Part shown: positions 11,523-24,139 of the stretch, piece by piece
Position numbering within the stretch: position 1 is the first letter of the stretch
Layout of the letters: every line of letters begins with the position of its first letter
Notes under the pieces: model-generated
The model's database searches: none
The model's input: the letters and a program-made list of their open reading frames with translations, nothing else
What the model was told of the DNA's origin: nothing
NCBI GenBank assembly: GCA_002269645.1
Contig: NIVC01000487.1
Coordinates: 187,825-251,824 of the forward strand
Reading direction: 5' to 3'
DNA length: 64,000 bases
DNA from: Macrostomum lignano
Lineage: Eukaryota
Program-made: the position numbers and the translations under genes

Positions 11523-14500
11523 TTAAGCATCCGAATGCGGTCTGAGCTGCTGCTGCAGCTGCTGCCGGTGCTCTTGAAAAAACTGTCTGTACTGAAGAGG
11601 CTGTTGCTGCTGATGAGGTGCAGATGAGGTAGTTGTCGGCGGTGGCGGCGGTGCAAACCTAACGGGCCTGGGCGGCCTCAGCTGCTGCTGCTGCTGCGGC
11701 AAACTCGAAGCCACTGCCGTGTGCCCGGCGCCCCACCGGGCCAAGCTGAATCCGCTCTCAGACTGTCCCAGGCCGATGCCGCTGTCGTGCGAACCAATTG
11801 GCTCGGCCTGCTGTTGCTGCTGCTGCTGCGGAGGCGGCGGCGGAGGCAGCGGCAGAGGAAGCTGCTGATGCGGCTGCTGGACAAGCAGCTGTTCGAAGTT
11901 CGCTCGCGCCGTCGCCAGCTGCTCAGCTGATTCCGTCGCTTGGCGCCGACGCAGCGCCGCCTCCTGGCGCCAGCGGCGCGCCTCGGCCTCAGCGTCGGCC
12001 AGGCGGAGCTCGCAGGCCTCCAGGCGGAGCCGCAGCTGCTGACCGGCCAGCCGCTCGGACTGATAGCGGGCCCGCAGCTGACGAGCCTGGCTGAGGAGCC
12101 GCTCGTACCGCCCGTCTCCGCCGCCACCGCCGCCGCCGCCGCTGCCGCCGCAGAAGTCGCCATAGTCGTCATCGAAGCCGTTGCTGCCGGTGAGCTGCGA
12201 GTTCATCGAGGTCATAGAATCTGCGCCGGGGATGTACTCCAGAACCTGCGTGCAGAGGAAGACAGGCATTGATCCCTCTCCCCTCAGATGGGTAAATAAA
12301 TATTCGCAGAAGGGCTGCGGGCATCCTGGAGCAACCCTTTCAACGACATCGTATGAATACCACAGCCAGCGCTGAAGGCAACTCTGAAGACAGCCCTGAC
12401 TTTCTAATCGTTAGGCATGTACACTCTCTGTGATTTTGAGGTTGGCGCCCTGATGGCTGTGAATCGCACGAAAACCCCCAGGCCAAGTTTAGTGCAAAAG
12501 CTATAAGATTAGATGCGTCCGCGCACGGATTCGAACCCTTGGCTCCCCGCGGAGATTGAGTTATTGCCTTGAAAAGCTAAGGATCCCTGAGAATGCATGT
12601 AAGATTCAATAAATCCAACGAAAAAATAAAAAACTGAGTTCTTGAAAACCGCGATCTCCAGGTTCCGTTACCCGGATAGAACGTCGCAAAAGCAAAAGAC
12701 AAATTACTTGGCATTTGGCTAAAATTCGAACCCCCACCTGGCCCAGTCGACCCGTTCGCCCGTACGACAATCCGGGCGAAGTCAGCCGGGCGGGCAGCTG
12801 GGCGCCGACAATTTCGTGGTCGCTCTGCGATCTCGGCATCATTGACATTCCGCCCGCCACCGCTGATGCAGCCGCAGGCGCCGCCGCCGACGCCACTGGC
12901 GACATTCCGGCAGTCGGCGTCGGAGTCGCTGACGGAGACAGAGTTGCGGAGGCTTCGACGTTGCCCGCGCCGCTGCTGCCGCCGCTGCCGCCGCCGCCGC
13001 CGCCGCCGCCGCTGCGAGAGCCTCGCCAGAACAGATGCCGCAAGCCACTGCCGCCGCGTCGCTTCGATGTCTCCGACGTCGACGCTGCTGGGTTAGTTGA
13101 CGACGCTGACGCTGCCGACTCGCTTTGATGTCCGGCAACGGCGTCGGCTGTCTGCGAGCGCGGCAGGTTGGTCGATTTCCATTTCTTGGAGCGGAAAAAC
13201 AGACGCCGCTTTTTGTCCTTCGGCTTGGCCGCCTCGCCCGCCGAGGCTGCGCCTGCGGCTGCCGACGCCGAGAGCCCCGCCGATGCGTTGCGGCTGCCGA
13301 TGCTGTCCGCTGAGGAGCAGGTCGGCAGCTGGTTCGACGACGGACTGGGCGACGGCAGGCCGGAGCTGCTGAATGGCGCGCCAAGACTGCTGTAGGTTGT
13401 TGCCGGGCCTGAAGGTAAGGGAGAGCACCGGGTGTGTCTGTCCCGATGTGTCTGTCCCGATGTGTCTGTCCCGATGTGTCTGTCCCGATGTGTCTGTCCC
13501 GATGTGTCTGTCCCGATGTGTCTGTCCCGATGTGTCTGTCCCGATGTGTCTGTCCCGATGTGTCTGTCCCGATGTGTCTGTCCCGATGTGTCTGTCCCGA
13601 TGTGTCTGTCCCGATGTGTCTGTCCCGATGTGTCTGTCCCGATGTGTCTGTCCCGATGTGTCTGTCCCGATGTGTCTGTCCCGATGTGTCTGTCCCGATG
13701 TGTCTGTCCCGATGTGTCTGTCCCGATGTGTCTGTCCCGATGTGTCTGTCCCGATGTGTCTGTCCCGATGTGTCTGTCCCGATGTGTCTGTCCCGATGTG
13801 TCTGTCCCGATGTGTCTGTCCCGATGTGTCTGTCCCGATGTGTCTGTCCCGATGTGTCTGTCCCGATGTGTCTGTCCCGATGTGTCTGTCCCGATGTGTC
13901 TGTCCCGATGTGTCTGTCCCGATGTGTCTGTCCCGATGTGTCTGTCCCGATGTGTCTGTCCCGATGTGTCTGTCCCGATGTGTCTGTCCCGATGTGTCTG
14001 TCCCGATGTGTCTGTCCCGATGTGTCTGTCCCGATGTGTCTGTCCCGATGTGTCTGTCCCGATGTGTCTGTCCCGGTGTGTCTTTTTTTAATGTGTCTAA
14101 CTGTCTGTTCCAGTTCGTCCGCCCTGATGTGTCTTTTTGTTGTGTCTGACCCAATGTGTCTGTCCTGATGTGTCGTTACATATGAATTAGTTATATATTT
14201 CAATTCCTCATCTTGTTTATTTGCAACACTTGCTACTCACATCCAGTGTGGTCAGTAGTACAAATCAGCTGCTAGGTAGCCAAACTGACTCACCATATTT
14301 GTCTCCGTAGAGGCGGCTGCGCAGGTCCATCAGGCTGCGCAGCTGCTTGCACAGCTCGCTGGCCGAGATGCGCAGCTGGGGCACCTGAAGTTTGGGGGAA
14401 CAAAAATAGAATGGTTATCTTCACTAGGCCCCAGATCGAATGCAATCATTGATTTTGTGATTTAAAGGGGACTTTTCTTATCTCAGCAGTGTATTTTTTC

Positions 14501-17500
14501 AGGAAATTCGCCCCCTAAGAACTACACTATCCTTGAGTTTTGCGACCTGTTATGCTACAGTGGTCCTTGGTCCCACTGTTTCCTTAAATGTTCTCCCCCT
14601 TAGTGGCATTTTAAGTGAGTCTCCAGTCCAGATGCTTTACTGAGCTAGTAGTCCCTGGCTTGGGATAACTGCTCTAGCTACTCAACACTAATTATGAGCC
14701 TCACCTCGTACAGGCAGGACCGCACCAGGTGTTCCAGCGAGCCGGCCAGCTCCCTGGGCAGCAGGCCGCAGCCCAGGCTGAGACCTTCCTCAGCCAGCAG
14801 GTCCCGGCGCCGCTGCCTGCCGCCGCTGCCGCCGCCGCCGATGGTGAAGGCCGACCAGAGCAGCAGGCCGAACGCCCAGATGTCGGCCGCGGAAGTCGCC
14901 ACCGAGGCCGACGCCGCGTCGGCCGCCGCCGACTCCGGGCAGGCCGGACTCACCCGGCAGCAGCGGCGCCACAGCAACTGCACCTGAGGCGGCGGCTCGG
15001 AGGACTCAAATCTGGCGAATAACAGGCCGCCCAGCTTCACTGTGAACCGGTCTGTGCGCTCCATCAGGCAGTTCTCTAGCGTCTGGGAGGAAGGTAAAAT
15101 ACTCTAGCGAGATTTTTTTAATACACCTTCCCCAATGGCCAGATGTGCAACCGACAGCTCAGCCGCAGCTATTGCGCGGCGCATCTGAAGGCTGCGTACG
15201 GCTGTTCAGTCCAAGGACTGGGGGGGGGGTCGCCACACACAGCCTCAATTACCCCAGCTAATGCTGGCACCCATTTTACAGCTGGGTGAACTGAAGCAAT
15301 GCAGAGAGTTAAGTGTCTTGCTTAAGGACACAAATTGTTCCGAGTGGGTCGGGAATCGAACCCATGACCTTTCAGTAACCAAGGCACAGAGAGTGCATGT
15401 GCTCAGGACTCAGGAGGGAATGGCCAGAATTGCCGTTGTGGCAGGATGCCAGGCTCTGGCCAGGCCACTCACCAAGTCGCAGTGCAGGACGCCCTTCCTG
15501 TGCAGGTAGGCCAGCCCGGCCGCCGCCTGATGCGCCAGGCTCACCAGGATCTCCCAATCGTGCAGGAGGCGGTCGCCTTGCCGCAGCAAAAACTGTCGCA
15601 GGTTGCCGCAGTTGACGTGCTCAACCACCAGGGTGTAGCGGCTCTGGCTGGGCAAGTACAGGCCCAGAAGGCGGAGCACGTTTGCATGGTCCAGGCGCCT
15701 GGGATGATTGGGGATTTTCGGAGGGAAATTTATAAGAGTTTGCCAGTTTTTTGGGTCTAATCCTGAATTCTAATGGCTGGCTAATCTGTACATTTAATTT
15801 CTGTCTAATCTATGGATCTAATGGCTGTCTAATCTTTATATCTAATGGCTGTCTAATCTATAGACCTAATAGCTGTCTAATCTATAGATCTAATGGCTGT
15901 CTAATCTATGGATCTATTGGCTGTCTAATCTATAGATCTAATAGCTGTCTAATCTATATAGCTAATAGCTGTCTAATCTATATATCTAATGGCTGTCTAA
16001 TCTATAGACCTAATAGCTGTCTAATCTATAGATCTAATGGCTGTCTAATCTATAGATCTAATGGCTGGCTAATCTATAGACCTAATAGCTGTCTAATCTA
16101 TATATCTAATGGCTGTCTAATCTATAGATTTAATGGCTGTCTAATCTATAGATCTAATGGCTGTCTAATCTATAGATCTAATGGCTGTCTAATCTATATA
16201 CCTAATGGCTGTCTAATCTATGATCTAATAGCTGTCTAACCTATAGATCTAATGGCTGTCTAATCTATAGATCTAATGGCTGGCTAATCTATAGACCTAA
16301 TAGCTGTCTAATCTATATATCTAATGGCTGTCTAATCTATAGATTTAATGGCTGTCTAATCTATAGATTTAATGGCTGTCTAATCTATAGATCTAATGGC
16401 TGTCTAATCTATAGATCTAATGGCTGTCTAATCTATATACCTAATGGCTGTCTAATCTATGATCTAATAGCTGTCTAACCTATAGACCTAATGGCTGTCT
16501 AATCTATAGATCTAATGGCTGTCTAATCTATATAATTTTGTTATGTAATTCCAATCCAATCTCATAATGAAGTGAGAATCTTGAAGCATGATAGTCTCTA
16601 AGCATGAGAATCGAAGCATGAGAAAGCATGAGAATCTAAGCATGAGAATCTAAGCATGAGAATCTAAGCATAATTATCCAAGCATGATAGGTGATATCCG
16701 GATATCCATTTGTCTAAAAATATTTAAAATATTTTCTCACTTACATAAGAATGAACGCCTCATTCCTCAAGCAGGCGGTAATGTCGCTGGAGTTGTGCCT
16801 CCGGGTCACCGCAGTCACAGCCTCCGATCCGTAGCGACCTTGATGAAACGTCTGAAAAAATGGCGGAAGAATTTTGACTTAAAAAATTCTTTCTTAGGAA
16901 AAATAAGAAGTCCGTTTTTTGCCCACCGATGACACACGCAAGAACCCGTGGGATTCTTCCATGCATGTAACCTTGCGTGTTTCTAGATTTCAACCGGCCC
17001 CCAGACGCGGGCGCGCCATCTGCTGGAGACCGCGGCTTCGGCAATGTGCTTTTCTATTTTTTCTCTGTTTGAAAGCAGCCGTTCGAGTGATTGATTGGGG
17101 CAGGTGCCACTGGGCGCGTCTACTTGTGCCTCATCGTGTGGGATACTAATGACTTTACAAAATAGTTGGCTGTTTGGTTTCAACTGGCATGGCCATGACT
17201 GGTCTCTCCATGTGCAGGCTTGATGTCGGCTTGGGTGAGATTTGAATGGCCAGTGTCCTCTTGTACAGCTGTGTAGATGCGTGGGTTCTATTGTACAGCT
17301 GTGTAGATGCGTGGGTTCTATTGTACAGCTGTGTAGATGCGTGGGTTCTATTGTACAGCTGTGTAGATGCGTGGATTCTATTGTACAGCTGTGTAGATGC
17401 GTGGGTTCTATTGTACAGGTGTGTAGAAGCGTGGGTTCTATTGTAAAGCTGTGTAGATGCGTGAATTCTATTGTAAAGCTGTGTAGATGCGTGAATTCTA

Positions 17501-20500
17501 TTGTACAGCTGTGTAGATGCGTGAATTCTATTGTAAAGCTGTGTAGATGCGTGAATTCTATTGTACAGCTGTGCAGATGCGTGAATTCTATTGTACAGCT
17601 GTGTAGATGCGTGAATTCTATTGTAAAGCTGTGTAGATGCGTGGGTTCTATTGTACAGGTGTGTAGATGCGTGGGTTCTATTGTACAGGTGTGTAGATGC
17701 GTGGGTTCTATTGTACAGCTGTGTAGATGCGTGGGTTCTATTGTACAGCTGTGTAGATCGGTGGGTTCTATTGTACAGCTGTGTAGATCGATGGGTTCTA
17801 TTGTACAGCTGTGTAGATGCGTGGATTCTATTGTACAGCTGTGTAGATGCGTGGATTCTATTGTACAGGTTTGTAGATGCGTGGGTTCTATTGTACAGCT
17901 GTGTAGATGCGTGGATTCTATTGTACAGCTGTGTAGATGCGTGGATTCTATTGTACAGGTGTGTAGATGCGTGGGTTCTATTGTACAGCTGTGTAGATCG
18001 GTGGGTTGTATTGTACAGCTGTGTAGATCGGTGGGTTCTATTGTACAGCTGTGTAGATCGGTGGGTTCTATTGTACGCTGTGTAGATGCGTGGGTTCTAT
18101 TGTACAGCTGTGTAGATCGGTGGGTTCTATTGTACAGCTGTGTAGATCCGCTATGCTAAATACTGTAAGCAAAGTTGTAAACTGGATGGAAAACTCAGTA
18201 AGCGCTGCTGCTTACTAGCCCAGCCTCTTTGAGTTCCGGCGTTAAAATTAATAATTAATTAGATTCCTTATAAAACAAAGTCCCATAAATGTTTATCCCC
18301 GTTGGCGTACGCTCGTAGAGACAATTCTATTAAATGTATTTTATTTTCTAGTGTGGCTGGCCATCTGGCCATCAGTCGTTTACTTTGACGTTTGAATAAT
18401 ATGTGCTGAGCTGCTAGGGTTTTGAGAATGATTTTATTGAATTTGATATTATTACTGGACTCAACTGACTGATAGGAACTTATAGACCGGAAGTGAGCGC
18501 ATTAGACCCGATTTATCGACCGGAAGTGAGTATATTAAACCCGATTGATAGACCGGAAGTGAGCGCATTAGACCCGATTGATAGACCGGAAGTGAGTGTA
18601 TTAAACCCGATTGATAGACCGGAAGTGAGCGCATTAGACCCGATTGATAGACCGGAAGTGAGCGTATTAAACCCGATTGATAGACCGGAAGTGAGTGTAT
18701 TAAACCCGATTGATAGACCGGAAGTGAGCGTATTGAACCCGATTGATAGACCGGAAGTGAGTGTATTAAACCCGATTGATAGACCGGAAGAGTGTATTAG
18801 ACCCGATTGATAGACCGGAAGTGAGCGCATTAGACCCGGTTGATAGACCGGAAGTGAGTGTATTAAACCTGATTGAAAGACCGGAAGAGTGTATTAGACC
18901 CGATTGATAGACCGGAAGTGAGTGTATTAAACCTGATTGAAAGACCGGAAGAGTGTATTAGACCCGATTGATAGACCGGAAGTGAGCGCATTAGACCCGA
19001 TTGATAGACCGGAAGTGAGCGCATTAGACCCGATTGATAGACCGGAAGTGAGTGTATTAAACCTGATTGAAAGACCGGAAGAGTGTATTAGACCCGATTG
19101 ATAGACCGGAAGTGAGCGCATTACACTGAATCGACCGATCGGAAATGCAAACATGAGGCCCCGTGGACAGAAACAACGTCTCACCGTCAGCTGCGACTCT
19201 GTGCCGTCGGTGCACTCGGAGCCCAACTCGATGTCGTCCACTGGCAGCCGCAGGAAAGCTTCAACGTCTGCGGAGCCGGGGTGTCCCGCCAACAGCTGCC
19301 CGAGACTGCGGCAGGCTCGGTAACTGTCAATCATTTGTCGGACGCTAGCGAATTTCTCGTGGCGGAGCACGTAGCACTGGCCGTCGTCATCGCGGTGAAT
19401 CCACAGGTGCTTCACGGTTGAGTCGCTTCTGCAGAAGTGAAGGAGAAGGAGGCTTTTTGAAGAGGTCCAGTTTCAGAAGACTTTTGAAGAGGTCCAGTTT
19501 CAAGATCATTTTGAAGACGTCCAGTCTCAAAATCATTTTGAAGAGGTCCAGTTTTAAAAGCATTTTGAAGAGGTCCAGTTTCACAAGATTTTTGAAGAGG
19601 TCCAGTCTCAAAAGCATTTTGAAGAGGTCCAGTCTCAAAAGCATTTTGAAGAGGTCCAGTTCGAGCACATTTTGAAATTATAACCGCCATCCTGTTCTGT
19701 AAGTTCGGTTCTGGGACGCATCAGCTACCGATAGGAAAGAAAGCGAGATTCTGCATCATTTTCCCACTTGGTCATTTTTCCTGCCAATTTTAGCGAATTC
19801 TTAAGTGGCTGCCGCAATGGCGGTCAGTTTGGGTAGAGGAGCACCGGCACACTGTGTACCTGCTTTTGCTGACCAACCTCTCTTCATTGCAGGATACGGA
19901 AGTTCGGGGCATCCCAGCGGGTGGTGCGACATGAAGACAGCAGCCTCTTTAGCCAACCGGTGCCTGTGGTTTCCCGTCAACTGTGGTTTAGCTTAGGAAA
20001 AGCGGGACACTGGTAGCTAGCTAATTAGCATAATTAATGCGAATTCCAGGCCCACATGTGCAGGCCGCCGAGCTGTCAGTCAGGCGGTAGCTGCATTTGG
20101 TGCAATAAATTGGCGATGTTGCACAACATATACAAGGTTCAAGTCGCTACAGATGATGAGGACCCGCTGAAGTTTCCTGTAACTGAATGCACAGTTTTAT
20201 GCTAAATCCCCTCGTTAAATAATCTCCTAGCTAGATAATTCCCTAGCTAGATAATCCCCTAGCTAGATAACCCCCAAGCTGGATAATCCTCTAGACAATC
20301 CTCTAGCTAGATAATCCCCAAGCTAGATAATCCCCAAGCTAGATAATCCCAAGCTAGATAATCCTCAAGCTAGATAATCCCCTAGCTAGAAAATCCCCAA
20401 GCTAGATAATCCCCAAGCTAGATAATCCCCTAGCTGAAAAAATCCCCAAGCTAGACAATCACTAGCTAGATAACCCTTTCGATAGATAATCCCCAAGCTA

Positions 20501-21142
20501 GATAATCCTTTAGATAGATAATCCCCAAGCTATATGATCCCCAAGCTATATAATCCCCAAGCTAGATAATCTCCAAGCTAGATAATCCCCAAGCTAGATA
20601 ATCCCCTAGCTAGATAATCCCCTAGCTAGATAATCCCCTAGCTATTAATCCCCTAGCTAGATAATCCACTAGCTAGATAATCCTTTCGATAGATAATCCC
20701 CAAACTAGATAATCCGATAGCTAGACAATTCCCTATGTAGATAATCCCCAAGCTAGATAATCCCCTAGCTAGATAATCCCCTAGCTAGATAATCCCCTAG
20801 CTAGATAATCCCCTAGCTAGATAATCCCCTAGCTAGATAATCCCCTAGCTAGATAATCCCCTAGCTAGATAATCCCCTAGCTAGATAATCCCCTAGCTAG
20901 ATAATCCTTTGGATAGACAATCCCCTATCTAGCTAATCCATAGCTAGACAATCCCATACATTATTCGAACTGCAGCCAAATCCCCGGATCAGCAGCCGCC
21001 GCACTCACACAAAGGACAGGGCCAGCCTGCGCTTGAAGCTGCGCACCAGGAAGCTGCCCTCCGGCATCGGGCCCAGCACCGCCGTGGCCAGCAGTGGCGC
21101 CATTTCCTGAAAGAACCAGGCCTCCTCCCGGATGTCTGGCAT
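11523..21142 (-). CDS. SH2 domain + tyrosine-kinase-like (probable pseudokinase) protein with low-complexity and coiled-coil C-terminus, about 857 aa
   Basis: Exons (minus) 21142-21009, 19428-19185, 16851-16745, 15698-15473, 15082-14705, 14384-14294, 13408-12738, 12245-11523; all GT-AG and phase-consistent. SH2: EEAWFFQEM...GSFLVRS...VKHLWI. Kinase fold: [60 protein letters not shown]. The start is tentative: an AG at 21137-21136 could accept an upstream exon. Confidence 0.85.
13430..14075. repeat. 14-bp minisatellite (TGTGTCTGTCCCGA)
   Basis: About 46 essentially perfect units in an intron. Confidence 0.95.
15135..15385 (-). mobile_element. tRNA-derived SINE family A, 5'-truncated copy
   Basis: Near-identical to 35690-35960; keeps the B box (GGTTCGATTCC on minus) but lacks the A box. 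Confidence 0.8.
15765..16525. repeat. 24-bp minisatellite (CTAATGGCTGTCTAATCTATAGAT)
   Basis: Direct inspection. Confidence 0.9.
16590..16685. repeat. Short 14-bp array (AAGCATGAGAATCT)
   Basis: Direct inspection. Confidence 0.7.
17265..18150. repeat. 30-bp minisatellite (TTGTACAGCTGTGTAGATGCGTGGGTTCTA)
   Basis: About 29 units. Confidence 0.95.
18482..19120. repeat. 33-bp minisatellite (GACCGGAAGTGAGCGCATTAGACCCGATTGATA)
   Basis: About 19 units. Confidence 0.95.
19450..19675. repeat. 27-bp minisatellite (TTTTGAAGAGGTCCAGTTTCAAGATCA)
   Basis: About 8 units just upstream of the acceptor at 19429. Confidence 0.85.
20225..20955. repeat. 17-bp minisatellite (CTAGCTAGATAATCCCC)
   Basis: Direct inspection. 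Confidence 0.9.
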
Positions 21143-21464
21143 TCGAAATTTGGCTGGATCGTATCTTTCAAAGTGAACAAAACAGAGATAGCGAAGAAGG
21201 GCGCCGGGTGATGAGGGAGAATCAGTTAGATTAGTTGCTAGGTGGCGCTGTCTCCTGGCGCATTGTTCCCGAGTTTGCTGCTGTCAACTGCGCTCCGGTG
21301 ATGGCCACGAATTGGCTGTCCCTGGATTGGAATGAGAGATTGGTGATTAGTAGTGTCACGGTATGATAAAACTTGTGTATCGATAATTGTTGATAAATTA
21401 TGCATCATGAAACCAAAAAATTGGATGGAAAAAGCTGCATTAGCAAATGATTCAGTAAGTCAGT

Positions 21465-21615
21465 CAGTTAATCAATCAATCAATCAGTCAATCAAACAAT
21501 CATTCAATCGATCGATCAATCAATCGATATTTGGTGATCAATCAATCAATCAATGAATCAATCAATGAATCAATCAATCAATCAATGAATCAATCAATGA
21601 ATCAATCAATCAATT

Positions 21616-21685
<70 letters not shown>

Positions 21686-21703
21686 CCAACCAATCAATCA
21701 ATT

Positions 21704-21770
<67 letters not shown>

Positions 21771-21902
21771 TAATTAATTAATTAATTAATCAATCAAGCA
21801 ATCAATCAACCAATTAATAAATCATTCAATCAATCAATCAATCAATTAATAAATCATTCAACCAATCAATCAATCATTCAATCAATCATTCAATCAATCA
21901 AT

Positions 21903-21934
<32 letters not shown>

Positions 21935-22012
21935 TAATTAATTAATTAATTAATTAATCAATCAATCAATCAATCAACCAATCAATCAAACAATCAATCA
22001 ATCAATCAAACA

Positions 22013-22047
<35 letters not shown>

Positions 22048-22160
22048 TAATTAATCAATCAATCAATCAATCAACCAATCTATAAACCAATCAATCAATC
22101 AAACAATCAATCAATCAATCAAACAAATCAATCAATCAATCAATCAACCAACCAACCAAC
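21465..22160. repeat. (CAAT)n tetranucleotide microsatellite
   Basis: Direct inspection. Confidence 0.95.
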
Positions 22161-22844
22161 AGGGATACTCAATTCTCAACTTTCTCCCACTATGCTGGCC
22201 CCTCTCTAACATCCCAAAATGTCAGTTAAACTGCAGTTTGCAGCTGAGCGCCGCACCACCATCGCAGCACACAATGGCATGACTGAAGTTCCTCTCCCAA
22301 CTCAAACTGACCCCATCGATCAAGGGTCTAACAGCCAAAAAATGAACCGAAATTAGCCCCAAAGCCTCAGCCCTCCTGCGGTCAGATACTGACAGACATG
22401 CTCGAACTTTTGGTTTGACACAGGCCCCCCAGGCTGGCCGCCACCCGCTGGTCGAGTAAATATTTATCGGCGGTCGCTAAGCCCCGCCTCGTGCGCGAAA
22501 AAACCGCACAAGGTCGCACAAGTGGCCGCTATTTGGCCCCTGAAAATAATTATCTTAAACCGGCACTTCAGTGGCTGGGGGCATATCAGGTCGAACTAGA
22601 TGGTATTTTTAAAGATATCTTAGGAATTCCCAGGCCACGAAGTGTATAGCTATGGATTGAAGCTGATTGACAAGGACAGGCGGGAGGTGTCGGTTTCGCA
22701 CCTGCACTCTCTCTAGTTGAGCATTGTGCAATAGGGAATTGGTTGCTATGCGCAAAAACTATCCCCTTCTGGGGCATAATGATACTTTATACATTTCTAA
22801 GCTCTGCAGTCTTGACCACCTCTCTGCAATTTGAATCGGTCACC

Positions 22845-23230
22845 TCTCTCGTCTAGCACTCTCTCCCTCTCTCCCTCTCTCTCTCCCTCTCTCCCACTCT
22901 CCCTCTCTCCTTCTCTCCCTCTCTCCCTCTCTCCCCCTCTCTCCCCTCTCTCCCACTCTCCCTCTCTCCTTCTCTCCCTCTCTCCCTCTCTCCCCCTCTC
23001 TCTCCCTCTCTCCCTCTCTCCTTCTCTCACTCTCTCCCTCTCTCCCTGTCCCCTTCTCTCCCTCCCTCTCTCTCTCCCTCTCTTCCTCTCTCCCTCTTTC
23101 CCTCTCTCCCCCCTCTCTCTCTTTCTCTCCCTCCTTCTCTCCTTGTCTCTCTCTCTCCCTCTCTTCTCTCTCCTCTCTCCTCTCAACCTCTCGCCCTCTC
23201 TCCAGCCCCTTCTTTTCTATTCTCTCTCCT
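22845..23230. repeat. CT-rich low-complexity tract
   Basis: Direct inspection. Confidence 0.9.
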
Positions 23231-24139
23231 CCATCACTTGGTTTTTTTCTTTATCCTTCATCTTTATCTACTCACATTTTGCAGTCAGCTTGAGTCTATC
23301 AATGATACAGTAACAGCTAGTCATCAAGAATAAAAGCACCGAAAAGTCTTGCTCTGCAGACACGCTAGACTGTATGCTCAGTCTCAGATCTGGCACGAAC
23401 CGTCGCGCAATATGAGCTATAGACCCCCCCCCGAATAGGTAAGTAAATTAATTCGAGTTTTACTGCTCGATTTTACCGCACCCACGCGCTGAATGCTGAT
23501 GCCGATCTTCCAAGACATCATTCGCAAGCAAAACCGGATGACGAATAAAAACATTTCTAAGTTCAAAATATGATATAGCTGAATATAGTTGCTATGCGAT
23601 TAAAATCTGGGTAGCCGAAGGCCAAATTCAAGCAGTCCTTGAGAAAGAATCTGGAGCGGTCAGGTCCACTGATCAAATAAATGAGCTGCTCCTTTGCAAT
23701 CCTTTCTGTCAAATGAAACTCTAATCCAGTTGTCTAGCTTCAGACGTCCTTGGCCGATTCCTGATCGGATCCCTAAGCCAGATCTGTCCGTCCCAGTTTT
23801 GTTGAAGAACAAAAATTTTTTTTCGAGGTGCGGGTCGGCCCCGGCTGAAGCAATAAAACTGCATTTTTTTCTCTCTTTCTGGACAACCCGGCGGAGATCG
23901 TAAAACTTCAGGAGGTCAACGGGGCTTATCTGATCTCGGCGCCCGTCGTGGAGACAGCAAAGACTCGCCCTGCCTCCACCCTCCAAAGCGGAGATTTTTT
24001 AAACAAGATTTGCAACAATATTTATGCCATCTGTATAGTCCGGCTGTAGTCTGACTCACACTGTTGCGGTGCCTGCAGCTCCTGGACACCGGTTTCAGAG
24101 GGCCTGACAACAACCGCTCTGTTGTTTCTGACAGGCACT

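Noticed and set aside
12839-14203. 454-aa and 353-aa [13 protein letters not shown] ORFs
   Set aside because: They are a 14-bp intronic array running into the wrong frames of a real exon.
17060-17235. Plus-strand segment flanked by AG and GTGAG inside the pseudokinase intron
   Set aside because: Stops occur in all three frames and there are no partner exons.
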